A stretch of 64,000 nt of DNA. Origin: a virus. Position numbers and translations under genes: made by a program. Shown here in pieces: positions 8,188 to 17,772 of this stretch (positions are counted from its first letter, which is position 1; each line of letters opens with the position of its first letter). The stretch is taken from IMG/VR virus record IMGVR_UViG_3300046519_000190, positions 1 to 64,000 of that record. One strand, 5' to 3'. Under the pieces are notes generated by a model that was not told the DNA's origin, searched no databases, and saw only the letters and a list, made by a program, of their open reading frames with translations.

Positions 8188-8762
8188 CAGTGAAAAGTCC
8201 TCGTTACGGCGTGATCAGCGTTCATGCCAGGCACAGGAGGTTCACCCAGTACAGGCTGGCGGAAGTGAGCGGTGAAGCTGGCTTCCCAGGGGAACCGGCC
8301 GTTGCGGTCACAGAATACCCACTGAACGAAGCGAGGTATCTCGACGTTCTCGGGATGGCCGTGCATGTAGTAGTCGAAGGTCTGCCATGCAAGATCAGCA
8401 ACCTGTTCCGTATCCACCTCGATCACCTGCACCGGCAAATTGAAGTAGTCGCTGATGACCGACTGACCCGGCTGTTTCGTGCCAGCAAGCAGTTCAGCGT
8501 GGTACATATTGATGAAGTGCGCTGCCATCTTGTCGTTGATGCCGAACAAGATGACTTCGGGGAAGCCCAGGCTATGAAAGCCAACTGTGTGCACGAAGCT
8601 TGGCATTTCAAAGTCACCACCGATCGACACAATGGCGATACCTTTGTCGTTGATCAGCTCGATGAGGTGCTTGCGGCCCTCTGCCCATGCCTCTTCTTCC
8701 GACATGCCGGCAGCGATAGCGGCACAGTGGGCGCATTCGTGGTCGTGGTTATGATCGCTCAT
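8187..8762 (-). CDS. DUF4262-like protein
   Basis: F.HTVG...GFPEVILFGI ... Q.V..D.NGRFPWE ... QP.L motifs. Confidence 0.7.
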   Translation of the reverse strand: MSDHNHDHECAHCAAIAAGMSEEEAWAEGRKHLIELINDKGIAIVSIGGDFEMPSFVHTVGFHSLGFPEVILFGINDKMAAHFINMYHAELLAGTKQPGQSVISDYFNLPVQVIEVDTEQVADLAWQTFDYYMHGHPENVEIPRFVQWVFCDRNGRFPWEASFTAHFRQPVLGEPPVPGMNADHAVTRTFH

Positions 8763-8795
8763 GTGTACAACTCTCGTTTATGTTCGTGTGCAAGC

Positions 8796-8826
8796 ATTTT
8801 ATCGATATCAGAATGGCAGTGCGTGG
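8796..8826 (-). promoter_or_regulatory. CC-N8-CC-N13 promoter-like element
   Basis: -10 TAAAAT, exact spacing. Confidence 0.75.
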
Positions 8827-8861
8827 CTACCAGCATGGGTGCCAGTAGCACGCAGAGGCTG

Positions 8862-9224
8862 TCACTCGGCTTGCTTTTCTACAGGCTCAGCCTTGGTCTT
8901 GCCGGCTTTGAAGGTCATCTGCTCGCCGCGGTACGATGGCCAATTCAATTGGGATACTGACACCTCGTTGTTCACTTCCACGATCAACAGGCCGCGAGAA
9001 GAAAGACCGATGATAATGTCCAGCTCTTGGCCTTTCTCTACACCCAGGTAGATTGCCTGGCTCACAAGATTGCTGTTCTGGTACTCACGGGTTTGAAGCA
9101 GGACTTGGCCGTCTTTCAGCTCGATCTGGGCGACAAGCTGTTTGTTGGCAAGCAAGATGCGGCCGACGATAGCGTTGCTGGCCGCTTTGTAGGTGAACAT
9201 GACTGGTTCGAAGGTCTTGATCAT
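8862..9224 (-). CDS. hypothetical protein
   Basis: Start trimmed to MIKTF after a GAGGGA RBS. Confidence 0.7.
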   Translation of the reverse strand: MIKTFEPVMFTYKAASNAIVGRILLANKQLVAQIELKDGQVLLQTREYQNSNLVSQAIYLGVEKGQELDIIIGLSSRGLLIVEVNNEVSVSQLNWPSYRGEQMTFKAGKTKAEPVEKQAE

Positions 9225-9263
9225 GGTGAATCCCTCTTGTTTGTGAGGGTTCACCATATCAGA

Positions 9264-9638
9264 TCAGATGGGATCGTAGTCGATGACCAGATCAAAGAGT
9301 GGGATGTACTGCTCGGGGTTGTATGCACCCATGCGGCCCATGACCTGCATAAGCTGTGTGCGACGGCCGAGCTTCTCAAGTACAGCCAGACTGCCGGCAC
9401 ACTGTTGCTCTTTGCCAGAGGACTGGTACGTTTCTTCACCGTCATCAGTTTCGACCCACTCACCCGAGTGCGTTGTCTTGTGGCAAGCGAAGCTTGAAGA
9501 GCTGCCGTTGAGCAGGCTCTCGATGATCCCATCAACACGACCGGGTTGCAGCTCGATGGCTTTGGCCTGATCTTTCAAGAAGGGGCAGTTGGCACAAGGC
9601 TTCTTGAGTGCGTAAGGGTTAAATTTTGAGCTGCTCAC
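9264..9638 (-). CDS. Cys/His metal-binding protein (CxxCPF..F.CH..CAG; DUF6283-like)
   Basis: KPCANCPF, FACHKT, QCAG; GTG start inferred. Confidence 0.7.
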   Translation of the reverse strand: MSSSKFNPYALKKPCANCPFLKDQAKAIELQPGRVDGIIESLLNGSSSSFACHKTTHSGEWVETDDGEETYQSSGKEQQCAGSLAVLEKLGRRTQLMQVMGRMGAYNPEQYIPLFDLVIDYDPI

Positions 9639-9906
9639 CGACCCACTCTCCCGCAATTTGATCCCAGCAAGCGCCGGCCCACACATCGCGCTTGGCGCTA
9701 TCCTTCTGCATGATGATCAGAAAATAGCCAAGTCGCTCGTTGATGCAGAGAACTCGAACCTTGTCACCCTTCTTGAAGGTGTGATTGCCGGCCTTGAGAG
9801 AAGAGTTGGGGCGAATTATCAGGTGCTGGTCGTGAAATGTTCGGTACTTGACGAACATCTTCCCGTCTTGATCTTCTCGAACCATAACCTTGCGATCACT
9901 GCTCAT
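9619..9906 (-). CDS. hypothetical protein
   Basis: Overlapping ORF in operon. Confidence 0.7.
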   Translation of the reverse strand: MSSDRKVMVREDQDGKMFVKYRTFHDQHLIIRPNSSLKAGNHTFKKGDKVRVLCINERLGYFLIIMQKDSAKRDVWAGACWDQIAGEWVGEQLKI

Positions 9907-10279
9907 CGTCAGGCTTCCAGGTGATGTCGACCACGAAACGGCCAGCCCAGAACCCTGGGAAGTCTTCCATTTCTGGGATCAGGTTGACGCTCGGGTTGAA
10001 GTCGCTGTCCAGGCTCTCGCTGATGTCACGACTCATATCAACGATGCTCTCGCTGTCGTACTCGTTGCGCAGCAGGTTGATTTCGCCTTCTACTGGCACG
10101 ACCATTTCAAAGAAGCGGTCGTTGTTGTCTACCGGAGACTCACACTCGCTACCCACGAACAGGTATTGAAGCTTGCCAGTGTGGTCCTCATAGACCCGAA
10201 CCGGATCAAACGAGCCATCATCTGCGTCTTTAAGCCAGTAGTAACCCGGCTTCACATCTTTCAGTTCCACGCGCTTCAT
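9896..10279 (-). CDS. hypothetical protein
   Basis: ATGA-coupled; PGYYW motif also present in 28505-28699. Confidence 0.75.
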   Translation of the reverse strand: MKRVELKDVKPGYYWLKDADDGSFDPVRVYEDHTGKLQYLFVGSECESPVDNNDRFFEMVVPVEGEINLLRNEYDSESIVDMSRDISESLDSDFNPSVNLIPEMEDFPGFWAGRFVVDITWKPDDEQ

Positions 10280-10488
10280 TGTGCTGTGTACCCTTCTGGT
10301 CGTGGGATTTTCCAGAACACCTCAGTTGTGAGATTTTCGAGGTCGAAGTCCTGGGCAAGCCCGTTGCGGTAGTAGACAGTCGGGCATTTCTGATCAACCA
10401 GGATTACCTCTGCCGTCTTGTCCGTGTGTGAAACCATCAGATAGAACTGACCGGCTTCGAGTTGATCTTTGGTCAGCTCCTTGCTCAT
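10276..10488 (-). CDS. hypothetical protein
   Basis: ATGA-coupled ORF. Confidence 0.75.
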   Translation of the reverse strand: MSKELTKDQLEAGQFYLMVSHTDKTAEVILVDQKCPTVYYRNGLAQDFDLENLTTEVFWKIPRPEGYTAQ

Positions 10489-10922
10489 GCGAATGCACCA
10501 AAGTCTGCTGGCTTCGGACCCTCTGTCATCGATGGGACAGGTGGATCGTTGCGCATGGCCGTCGCTGCACCGAGTCTCCCACCATCTGGTAGGCTTATCT
10601 CAGCAACAACCGCTGTTGCGTTCTGGAGTGCTTCTGGCAGCTCGGTCATGTCCATTTCAATGGACACTGTGCCGTCCGGGTTTGTCGACTCAATCAGCGT
10701 GACAACGGCTTTAATAGTGTCGTGCTCAAACACCCGACTGACGTTGCCCTTTCTGCCGCTTTTGCTCTTACGCTTCCACAGCTTCTCGTCGACCACATCA
10801 CCCAGATCACCGCCGGTCGTGCTTTCGAACTCCCGTAGATCAGCGCTGCTCACGCCACCCAGCAGGTTGTCCATAAACTGGCAGATCAGCTCTTTGCAGT
10901 CTGCGGTATTCATATCGCTCAT
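10485..10922 (-). CDS. hypothetical protein with C-terminal motif (..PADFGAFA)
   Basis: ATGA-coupled ORF. Confidence 0.8.
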   Translation of the reverse strand: MSDMNTADCKELICQFMDNLLGGVSSADLREFESTTGGDLGDVVDEKLWKRKSKSGRKGNVSRVFEHDTIKAVVTLIESTNPDGTVSIEMDMTELPEALQNATAVVAEISLPDGGRLGAATAMRNDPPVPSMTEGPKPADFGAFA

Positions 10923-11314
10923 TCCCAGGCTCCGTATCCGTCTGGTTTGCTGGCGCGCTCGACTGCACGCGCTTCGTCGTCTCTATGTTGATAGTTTTCG
11001 CGAGGGTGTGCGTGGCGACCAGATGGCTTTATATGCCAGCCAACGTCTGTGATGTTGCCCTGGTAGAAGGTGACACACATAACCCCGCGTCGATGGAACG
11101 TCAGGTCAGTTCGGTCTTTCTGAATCTTGAAGCGCCTGGTGTTCTTGACTCTGACGAACCAGCGATTGAGATAGCCGGTGGCCGGGTTGTCAGTCGCCAC
11201 TTGGAGCCAATGCTCGTCGAGCGTGCCCCAGTCATCGTCGTTCGTGCAAAGGTGGTAGTAAGCCACGATTGCACGTTGCGCCTTAGCTATCAGCTTGCTG
11301 GCGAGAGTGGACAT
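10919..11314 (-). CDS. hypothetical protein with C-terminal motif (..PDGYGAWE)
   Basis: TAATG-coupled ORF. Confidence 0.8.
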   Translation of the reverse strand: MSTLASKLIAKAQRAIVAYYHLCTNDDDWGTLDEHWLQVATDNPATGYLNRWFVRVKNTRRFKIQKDRTDLTFHRRGVMCVTFYQGNITDVGWHIKPSGRHAHPRENYQHRDDEARAVERASKPDGYGAWE

Positions 11315-12762
11315 TACGACTGGCTCTCTCCGATAGCGCCCAGACGATTGGCATAATCCTCGACGGATTCGCCCTCTTCCATTTCGATGTCTTCCTCGTC
11401 TTCCTCGTCTCTGCCGATGCCTGGGTAAGACTCACTGCCTTCGAGTAGGTACACAATGCGAGCCTCGATCAGCTCACCAGCTTCGTTGCGACGTTCGACC
11501 AGCTTGTAGCCACCATCACCGTAGCCACTGCTGCTGACAGCACCCATACCCTGGACAACGCCCCAGCCCTCAGAGCCCAGGGTGTTCTCGCAACACGCTT
11601 CGTAGAACCGCTCATGCTCTGGCGTATCGCCCTTGTGTTCCTTCTGCGCTGCGACCAGCTCGAACGGTGCGAGGTCAAAGAACCCGGCTTGCCCGCTGTC
11701 CACGCCCACCTGGAAGTCGTCGTTGGGTACGAAGGAGAGTGGGTCGATCGGCTCATTCAGCACAGACTCATGCCGGATGTGCAGAAAGGCTACACGACCA
11801 GTCCAGTCATCAGGGTTGCCCCACATGCGGCCGAACTCACGCAGACCGTGACTGCGGTAGTAGCTCAGAAGCTTGTCCAGCTTTTCCTTATGTTCAGCCT
11901 TCTGGTCTTCAGGCAGCTCTTCCATGCTCTTTTCGAGCAAGGCGATGCGCTCGCGTTCTTGAGGCGCTTCAAGTTCGGCAATCTCTTTCTCGAACCGTTC
12001 TTTGGTGTAGCTCTCGACCGACTCACGATAGTGGCCGACATGCGCGAGCCAGCGACCGTTCAGCACGTTGTTGGTTGTGCCGGCACACCAGGTATCCATG
12101 CTGTAGCAAGGGTCAGTCACACGCAGCGCGCCGGACTTGACTTCGAAGCCTTGTGCTTTGGCCATCTTGATGCCTGGTTCTGGGAAGCGAATTGCTTTCA
12201 GGTCTTCGATGGTCACGCTATCGGCGTACTGAGCCCTTGCCCCTTCACCCCGATAGACCTTGTAGCCGAACTCGGTGAGGTCAGTCAGGTAGCGTTCGTG
12301 AATGCCGGCAGCACGGCGAGCGCGAGTCACACGGCCGTACAGGCGAATGTCCAGGTCTTGAGCCAGTTCGTCGATTGCTTCGTCGATTGCCTGTTCGGCC
12401 AGCTCACGAGTTGGGAAGCACTTGTGCTGAATTATCGGCTTCGCTTTGACCTGAATATCAGTCTGGTACTTCATGCTGCGCTGGTTAAAGGCTTCGAGGC
12501 TTTCACCTTCGACGCTCTTCGGCTTCTCCAGGATCGGATATGCGTGAGCGTAGGCGCTGTACGCCATCTTCAAGTGACCGTTGAGGCGGGTCTGAATCTC
12601 GAAGTTGCCGGCGACCAGCTCTTCGTCCCAGTCACGATCACCGATCCAGTTTTCGACGCAGACTTTGGCCTCTTCTTCGGTGGCGAAGTCAGCCTCATGA
12701 GTCAGCCGACCAACGTCGCTGCTGTAGAGGAACACGCGGTATTGCGTAGCTTGCAGGGTCAT
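11314..12762 (-). CDS. protein with C-terminal DUF4241-like domain
   Basis: VTDPCY, GVDSGQAGFFD and SSGYGDGGY motifs. Confidence 0.7.
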   Translation of the reverse strand: MTLQATQYRVFLYSSDVGRLTHEADFATEEEAKVCVENWIGDRDWDEELVAGNFEIQTRLNGHLKMAYSAYAHAYPILEKPKSVEGESLEAFNQRSMKYQTDIQVKAKPIIQHKCFPTRELAEQAIDEAIDELAQDLDIRLYGRVTRARRAAGIHERYLTDLTEFGYKVYRGEGARAQYADSVTIEDLKAIRFPEPGIKMAKAQGFEVKSGALRVTDPCYSMDTWCAGTTNNVLNGRWLAHVGHYRESVESYTKERFEKEIAELEAPQERERIALLEKSMEELPEDQKAEHKEKLDKLLSYYRSHGLREFGRMWGNPDDWTGRVAFLHIRHESVLNEPIDPLSFVPNDDFQVGVDSGQAGFFDLAPFELVAAQKEHKGDTPEHERFYEACCENTLGSEGWGVVQGMGAVSSSGYGDGGYKLVERRNEAGELIEARIVYLLEGSESYPGIGRDEEDEEDIEMEEGESVEDYANRLGAIGESQS

Positions 12763-12782
12763 GGTGAATCTCTCGATGGTAG

Positions 12783-13295
12783 TTATACGGCCGGGCTGGC
12801 TTTGTGAATCAGTTCCACTTCATCCAGGTAGTCGAGCCAGATACAGAAGTACCGGGCAAGCTGCTCGCTGCGAGGGTGTGTGGCTTTGTGATACAGGTTG
12901 AAATCTTTCTCATTCTGGAGCTTGTCTGCTGCCAGCATGTGAATGAGGTCTTGCGAGAGCCAGCCTACGTGTTCGTTCAGACTGTCTACCGTGTAGTGAT
13001 CGGTTTCAGGCCGGCACAGGTAGCTGTTTGCGTGCTTGGCATACATCATGGCCAACTGTGCCGTAGCACGTCTTATGCCCGGAGTCTTCCAAATCATTTC
13101 TTTGGCGACATCGCTGTCAGACTGAGCCAGCGGGTGCAGGCAGAATGCTTGGATTGCCCGCTCACTCGCACCCATTGCTACAAGCAGGTCGATACCCTCG
13201 TTGATGTGATTGATCAACGGCAGACCGCTACGCTTTGCACGCTGATCGCCGTACCAGCGCTTGATCAGGGCGTATTCAGCGGACGAGCGCTTCAT
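12783..13295 (-). CDS. HD-like protein resembling SpoT/Mesh1 hydrolase domains (HD replaced by HP)
   Basis: KRSGLPLINH..., CLHP, ADKLQN versus RKSGEPYxxH..., LLHD, ADKLHN. Confidence 0.55.
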   Translation of the reverse strand: MKRSSAEYALIKRWYGDQRAKRSGLPLINHINEGIDLLVAMGASERAIQAFCLHPLAQSDSDVAKEMIWKTPGIRRATAQLAMMYAKHANSYLCRPETDHYTVDSLNEHVGWLSQDLIHMLAADKLQNEKDFNLYHKATHPRSEQLARYFCIWLDYLDEVELIHKASPAV

Positions 13296-13477
13296 GCTAC
13301 TGCCGACTGCTTGATCAGGCTTTCACGGCCTGCGACGTAGCCCTGGGCGAAGGTGTTCAGATCAGCGTGGTTGTAGTAACGGCCGGTCTTGTTGAAGTTT
13401 TTGTAGCCCGCTTGAAGTGCAATGCGTTCGAACTGTTCAAGCTCGGCAGCAGTGCGGAAAAGCTCTTGTAAGCTCAT
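13292..13477 (-). CDS. hypothetical protein
   Basis: First ORF after promoter 13533-13565. Confidence 0.7.
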   Translation of the reverse strand: MSLQELFRTAAELEQFERIALQAGYKNFNKTGRYYNHADLNTFAQGYVAGRESLIKQSAVA

Positions 13478-13532
13478 ATGAGACGTTTCCCTGTAGTAGA
13501 CGCGCAGACATTGCGCTTCACTTTCAGCGTCG

Positions 13533-13565
13533 ATTATACGAGTTCAGAGAGTAGGTGAGACTGGG
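13533..13565 (-). promoter_or_regulatory. CC-N8-CC-N15 promoter variant
   Basis: -10 TATAAT. Confidence 0.6.
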
Positions 13566-13587
13566 CTTCGAGCGAAGCCCAGGACTT

Positions 13588-14025
13588 TCAGTTGGGAGAA
13601 CGGCGTGCTACCGCTTTGATGACAGCCTGGCAATACGAGATATCGAACCAGGATATGTGACAGCGCCATTTATCAAGGTCCAGTTCTTTTGCGAGCCAGG
13701 TGTAGGCTTCGACCCGGGCTTTGGACTTGTTGGGCTGGTTCTTCCAGATGGGATCGAACGCAGCGTGTGCAGCCTTGCGAGCGTTCTTTGTTGCGGTGTC
13801 TGCGAGCGTGCCGAGTGGGTATTCGGTTCCCTGATGCGTGCCGACAGAGGCTTTGCAAGCCTCATTCGTACATAGGTAGATGTACGGCCAGTCACTGAAC
13901 TCACGACCCCCATACAAAACAGCGTGACTGGTGTAAGTCACGCTGCTGTGGCAGTACGGGCAAGTTTGAGGCACCGGGAGAATCGAACGTGGGTCGATCT
14001 TGTGAGCCACAGATTTGACCATCAT
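13588..14025 (-). CDS. DUF3268-like zinc-finger protein
   Basis: CPYC..C..C.A.VGTH..PLGTLA..R..AH.AFDPIW..AY.WLA..CHI. Confidence 0.8.
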   Translation of the reverse strand: MMVKSVAHKIDPRSILPVPQTCPYCHSSVTYTSHAVLYGGREFSDWPYIYLCTNEACKASVGTHQGTEYPLGTLADTATKNARKAAHAAFDPIWKNQPNKSKARVEAYTWLAKELDLDKWRCHISWFDISYCQAVIKAVARRSPN

Positions 14026-14250
14026 TCAGTCATCCCACAGTGGTTTAGGTGGAAGCCAATCAAGCTGGCTCTTGTCGAAGGTTTCGAGGTCGACGATCTT
14101 GAACCGAGTCTCCCATTCATCTGGGTAGCACTGGTTCACGTATTTGGTGTAAGCCTCAATCGCACCGCCATTGTGGTTGGAGTAGTTGAAAAGAACCTCC
14201 CAGCCACTGACAGTGCGATTGAGCTTGACCATGAGAACCGGCGCGATCAT
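14026..14250 (-). CDS. hypothetical protein
   Basis: TAATG-coupled ORF. Confidence 0.7.
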   Translation of the reverse strand: MIAPVLMVKLNRTVSGWEVLFNYSNHNGGAIEAYTKYVNQCYPDEWETRFKIVDLETFDKSQLDWLPPKPLWDD

Positions 14251-14579
14251 TAGTTGATTTCGCCACGTTGAAGCAGAATTGCTTCGCCAACGATCACGTC
14301 ACTAAAGTCGATGCTGTTGTCCAGCTTCGCGATCTTGGTAGCGATGGCGTTGAAAGGCAGACCGCTCAGCTTGCCTTCTTCGTTGATGACCATGTGCAGG
14401 TAAGTGATGCCTTCGACGACGACAGGCTTGCGCAGATTCACGACCTGAATGTAGCCACCGACCAGCTTCTGCATGCCTTCGAGAGTCATGCCGATATCAC
14501 CGTCGTTGTGGAACAACTCCGGGTTGGTGTTGATGCTGACGATGGTGGTTTGCAGATTGACCTTTACGTGCAGTGCCAT
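14250..14579 (-). CDS. DUF3846-like protein
   Basis: L..MQKLVGGYI..NEEGKL.GLP.N.IAT..D.IVG. Confidence 0.8.
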   Translation of the reverse strand: MALHVKVNLQTTIVSINTNPELFHNDGDIGMTLEGMQKLVGGYIQVVNLRKPVVVEGITYLHMVINEEGKLSGLPFNAIATKIAKLDNSIDFSDVIVGEAILLQRGEIN

Positions 14580-14585
14580 GTTGTA

Positions 14586-14687
14586 TTACCCCAATGCGAC
14601 AATGATAAGACCGGTGACTATGAGCAGAATGCCTACAATGATCACCAGGTCCGGGTCTTCTTCGACGAAAGCCTTTATGCGGCCCAT
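14586..14687 (-). CDS. 33-aa single-TM peptide; not in ORF track
   Basis: Manual translation MGRIKAFVEEDPDLVIIVGILLIVTGLIIVALG; fills the gap between neighbours. Confidence 0.55.
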   Translation of the reverse strand: MGRIKAFVEEDPDLVIIVGILLIVTGLIIVALG

Positions 14688-14906
14688 TCAGTCACCGAAG
14701 TGTTCGTTGATGCAGTCACACTTGCCAATGCGCAGAGCTTCATCGACCTCTTTCAGCTTTGCACTGGCATCCAAACGGCTTTTTGCCTTGCCCAGATACT
14801 GCTCGACGAGGAACGAGATTGCTCCCAGCTCGTCGTCGAAGCCTTTCAAGTTCTTAACCAGATCCACCGGAACATCAGCGTTCGGGCACACAGCGATAGA
14901 AGGCAT
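14688..14906 (-). CDS. hypothetical protein
   Basis: AGGA RBS; after promoter 14933-14963. Confidence 0.7.
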   Translation of the reverse strand: MPSIAVCPNADVPVDLVKNLKGFDDELGAISFLVEQYLGKAKSRLDASAKLKEVDEALRIGKCDCINEHFGD

Positions 14907-14932
14907 AACAAAGCTTCCTGTTAGCAGTTGTG

Positions 14933-14963
14933 ATTATAAGCGTTCGAGATTGGCGCGTGGAGG
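14933..14963 (-). promoter_or_regulatory. CC-N8-CC-N13 promoter-like element
   Basis: -10 TATAAT, exact spacing; overlaps the 3' end of the upstream gene. Confidence 0.7.
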
Positions 14964-15686
14964 CTCAAGCTCTTCTTGCGCGTTCGACCGATCTTCAACA
15001 AAGGGTTCGACGTTGCGCTTGTACTGGTACTGCTGACCCTCGCTGAGCTTCCACTCAACCTCATGACCGCAGGCGCCATTGCTGCACAGCTTCTTGTCTT
15101 CGCTGTGCATGGGGATCATGTCGCAGCCGCACTTGATGCAGACCTTCGTACCACGATGCCGGAGCAGGAACTTCTCAGCCTCCTTCCATGCCTGGCCATC
15201 GTCCGCTTTGAGCATGTCTTCAAGGCGATCAAGTGCGTCTGTCAGATGCCCCATCGTCACGACATGGGCTTCGCTTGCACGGAACGAACGGTCGTTGGCT
15301 TGCTCAAGGTCTGCACGCAGAGCCATTTCACGGTCAACCGCGTCGTGGACATCTTTGACGGTCTGACAGAAGAGCGGGCTGTCTTTGCTGAGGCGCTGTT
15401 GCTCGGCCGAATACCGGGTGTTGCACATCGCAGCGACACCACAAGCAACCAAACGCTGGCGCTCGATTTCGAGTTCAGCAGCCAGCTTCTTCTCGTTGGC
15501 TTCTGCGGTTTCACACCAGGCCGCAATCGTGGTGACTTTCTTGGTCAGACGCTCGATTTCAGCGGTCTTCTGTTTGTTGGCCTGGTAGATACGATTGAAG
15601 TTCTCAATCGAGGTCTTGGTTGTTTCGTTGGCCATAGCCAACGTATCGCGGAGTTTCTGCATTTCTGTGAATGGCCAAATGTTCAT
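14934..15686 (-). CDS. coiled-coil protein with C-terminal zinc ribbon
   Basis: Heptad-rich N-terminus; CIKCG..CSNGAC. Confidence 0.75.
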   Translation of the reverse strand: MNIWPFTEMQKLRDTLAMANETTKTSIENFNRIYQANKQKTAEIERLTKKVTTIAAWCETAEANEKKLAAELEIERQRLVACGVAAMCNTRYSAEQQRLSKDSPLFCQTVKDVHDAVDREMALRADLEQANDRSFRASEAHVVTMGHLTDALDRLEDMLKADDGQAWKEAEKFLLRHRGTKVCIKCGCDMIPMHSEDKKLCSNGACGHEVEWKLSEGQQYQYKRNVEPFVEDRSNAQEELEPPRANLERL

Positions 15687-15877
15687 GCCCAACCTCCCAT
15701 AAATTTGCGGCTTTCAACTTGGAATTCCACCTGAATGGCTTCTTCCAGTTCCAATTCTTCTGCGATCCGGATTTCTTCGGCTCGCTCGATGTGATCTGCT
15801 CGGACTACCAACAACTGCATCAGTTCCGCAATGCAGATTTCCTTCATCCGGGTTTCGAACTTCAATGGCGCTGCCAT
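15683..15877 (-). CDS. small acidic helical protein with C-terminal motif (..FMGGWA)
   Basis: ORF in operon. Confidence 0.7.
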   Translation of the reverse strand: MAAPLKFETRMKEICIAELMQLLVVRADHIERAEEIRIAEELELEEAIQVEFQVESRKFMGGWA

Positions 15878-16104
15878 AGTTTGATCATCCGTTCGTCGAT
15901 GTCAGCCATCTTTTCCAGCTTTTCTTGAAGATCGTGGGTGAGATACTCAACCATGAAGCTCTTGTCGCTCTCACAGCCATCGAGAGCTTCGCAGGCTTTG
16001 TACAGTCTGCGCTGGGCATCACCCACACGCAGATACTGGGTGCTGTGTTGAAAATGCAGCACAACCAACATCGGCAGGTTGCGCAGTCGATACAGCCAAA
16101 TCAT
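15862..16104 (-). CDS. hypothetical protein
   Basis: Start trimmed to the ATGA overlap. Confidence 0.65.
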   Translation of the reverse strand: MIWLYRLRNLPMLVVLHFQHSTQYLRVGDAQRRLYKACEALDGCESDKSFMVEYLTHDLQEKLEKMADIDERMIKLWQRH

Positions 16105-16310
16105 GAACCAGCTCCTACTGCGACCGAGATATGAAAGGGGAAGGTGTACCAGCAGAGCCAGCAGAAGAATGCGGCAATCGCTGCGATGAAGTAGAACTCG
16201 CCCACCACCCGGCCAGCCCAACCCAGACCACCATACAGAGTAGCGGCTGCAACAACCACGCAGTACGCAGCAATCCCGAAGATAACGAACCAGCCAATGG
16301 CGATGAGCAT
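16101..16310 (-). CDS. small membrane protein (2 TM)
   Basis: Two hydrophobic segments; GGAGG RBS. Confidence 0.7.
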   Translation of the reverse strand: MLIAIGWFVIFGIAAYCVVVAAATLYGGLGWAGRVVGEFYFIAAIAAFFCWLCWYTFPFHISVAVGAGS

Positions 16311-16313
16311 TGC

Positions 16314-16985
16314 TTAACCCTCCAGCTCAGCGTAGGTATTCGCGCCTTTCTTCGCGAACTTGAAGCGAGCCAGGATACCCTTGCCGCGTGGCACTTCTTC
16401 CTGGTTCTCGTACTCTTGCTTCTCGGCGTTCCAGTCACCCTCAGACAGATAGGTGCCGGTCAGCGTGACGCTCGGGCAACGGCCGTCGATGATGCCCTGG
16501 ATCAGCCCGCTGATGCCACTTGGGCCGAATTCGATGATCTGGCCATTCTCAGCTTCGAACTGCATGGTCACAGAGCTGCGACCGCGTGTGTAGCCAATGA
16601 AGCGCAACCCGGATTCGAAGATAGGCGTGTGATCCAGAGCTTCGATCTGGCTAATCAACCTTTTCTTGAGCCACTGACTGTGGGCGTGCTTGCGCTTGTT
16701 CGAGGCTTCGTACTCGGCCCACTGGTCGATCTGTTCCTGAGTCAACTGCGGAATGTGAGAAGGGCGGCATGTTCCGTGAAAGCCGGGCCACGCTACGTCA
16801 ACACCAAGATCAGGCTCGTCGCCCAGAGTGTCGCGTGCTTCTTGAGCGGCCTTGTTCACAGCTTCGTGACCGCCGTTGATTGGCCACTCACCATCCCAGC
16901 CGACGTAGTAGTGACCAGTCACGGTGTCTTTCATCAAGCACCAGGCTTTTGGAGCTTTACCCTTTGCAGTCCCGACGATCTTCAT
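16314..16985 (-). CDS. hypothetical protein
   Basis: GAGG RBS; after promoter 17018-17048. Confidence 0.8.
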   Translation of the reverse strand: MKIVGTAKGKAPKAWCLMKDTVTGHYYVGWDGEWPINGGHEAVNKAAQEARDTLGDEPDLGVDVAWPGFHGTCRPSHIPQLTQEQIDQWAEYEASNKRKHAHSQWLKKRLISQIEALDHTPIFESGLRFIGYTRGRSSVTMQFEAENGQIIEFGPSGISGLIQGIIDGRCPSVTLTGTYLSEGDWNAEKQEYENQEEVPRGKGILARFKFAKKGANTYAELEG

Positions 16986-17017
16986 TGTTGCCTCTCGCTT
17001 TCGTTGTGAGTGCGCTC

Positions 17018-17048
17018 AGTCTATAGAGCGCACTGTGGGTTTGTGTGG
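17018..17048 (-). promoter_or_regulatory. CC-N8-CC-N13 promoter-like element with -10 in a palindrome loop
   Basis: -10 TAGACT; AGTGCGCTC/GAGCGCACT inverted repeat. Confidence 0.75.
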
Positions 17049-17057
17049 GCGCCAGTG

Positions 17058-17756
17058 TTACGCCATCTTCTCGCGCAGGCGAGTTGGCTGACCAACCGCT
17101 TGGGCGCATTCAACCGGGTGGTTCTCGCGTGCCCAAAGCATCATGGCGTAGTTGGCCACATCCACAGGGTCGAACCGCTTCTCGCCACGATGAGCCTGGG
17201 ATTGCAGTTCGCGCTTGAGCTGCTCGACCGTCACTTTTTGCTCGTCGTACCAACCGGCGCAGCCCTTGATCAGCTTGCGCCCCATCTTCTCGCGCATACG
17301 GTTGACGAAACGCTGGCCGGCCCAATCGTCGAAGTGTTCCTCTACCATATTCGGCTTGGCCTTCGGTTGATTGAGGTTGATCATGTGGGCAAGTTGCTGG
17401 TTCACCAACTTCAAGGCGTTGGTGAGCCGTATATTTTCTTCGGTCAGATCGACGATTCGGCCTTCCACTTCTTTTCGTTGAGCCAATAGCTTCTCTTCTC
17501 CCTTCTTGAAGGCTGCATCGACGTGCTTGGTGCCGAGAACTTTGGCAGCGTGGTCAACGAGCCAACTGAAGGTCTTGAGCGTCAGCATGCCCAGAGCAAC
17601 CTGAATGACTGACAGGATCAGCGCGGACTTCAACGCCAACTCACCGCTGTACCACTCGACCCAACTGTTGAACAGAACGCCGGCGCTGGTGTTGAACGTA
17701 ATGAGTGCCGCTGCGAAGACCATCAGATACCACATTTCTTTTGCAAACGCTTTCAT
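17058..17756 (-). CDS. membrane-anchored protein with coiled coil and DPVDVANYAMM domain
   Basis: Two N-terminal TM segments; C-terminal motif seen in MazG-like phage proteins. Confidence 0.7.
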   Translation of the reverse strand: MKAFAKEMWYLMVFAAALITFNTSAGVLFNSWVEWYSGELALKSALILSVIQVALGMLTLKTFSWLVDHAAKVLGTKHVDAAFKKGEEKLLAQRKEVEGRIVDLTEENIRLTNALKLVNQQLAHMINLNQPKAKPNMVEEHFDDWAGQRFVNRMREKMGRKLIKGCAGWYDEQKVTVEQLKRELQSQAHRGEKRFDPVDVANYAMMLWARENHPVECAQAVGQPTRLREKMA

Positions 17757-17772
17757 CGGTACTGCCTCTTGG

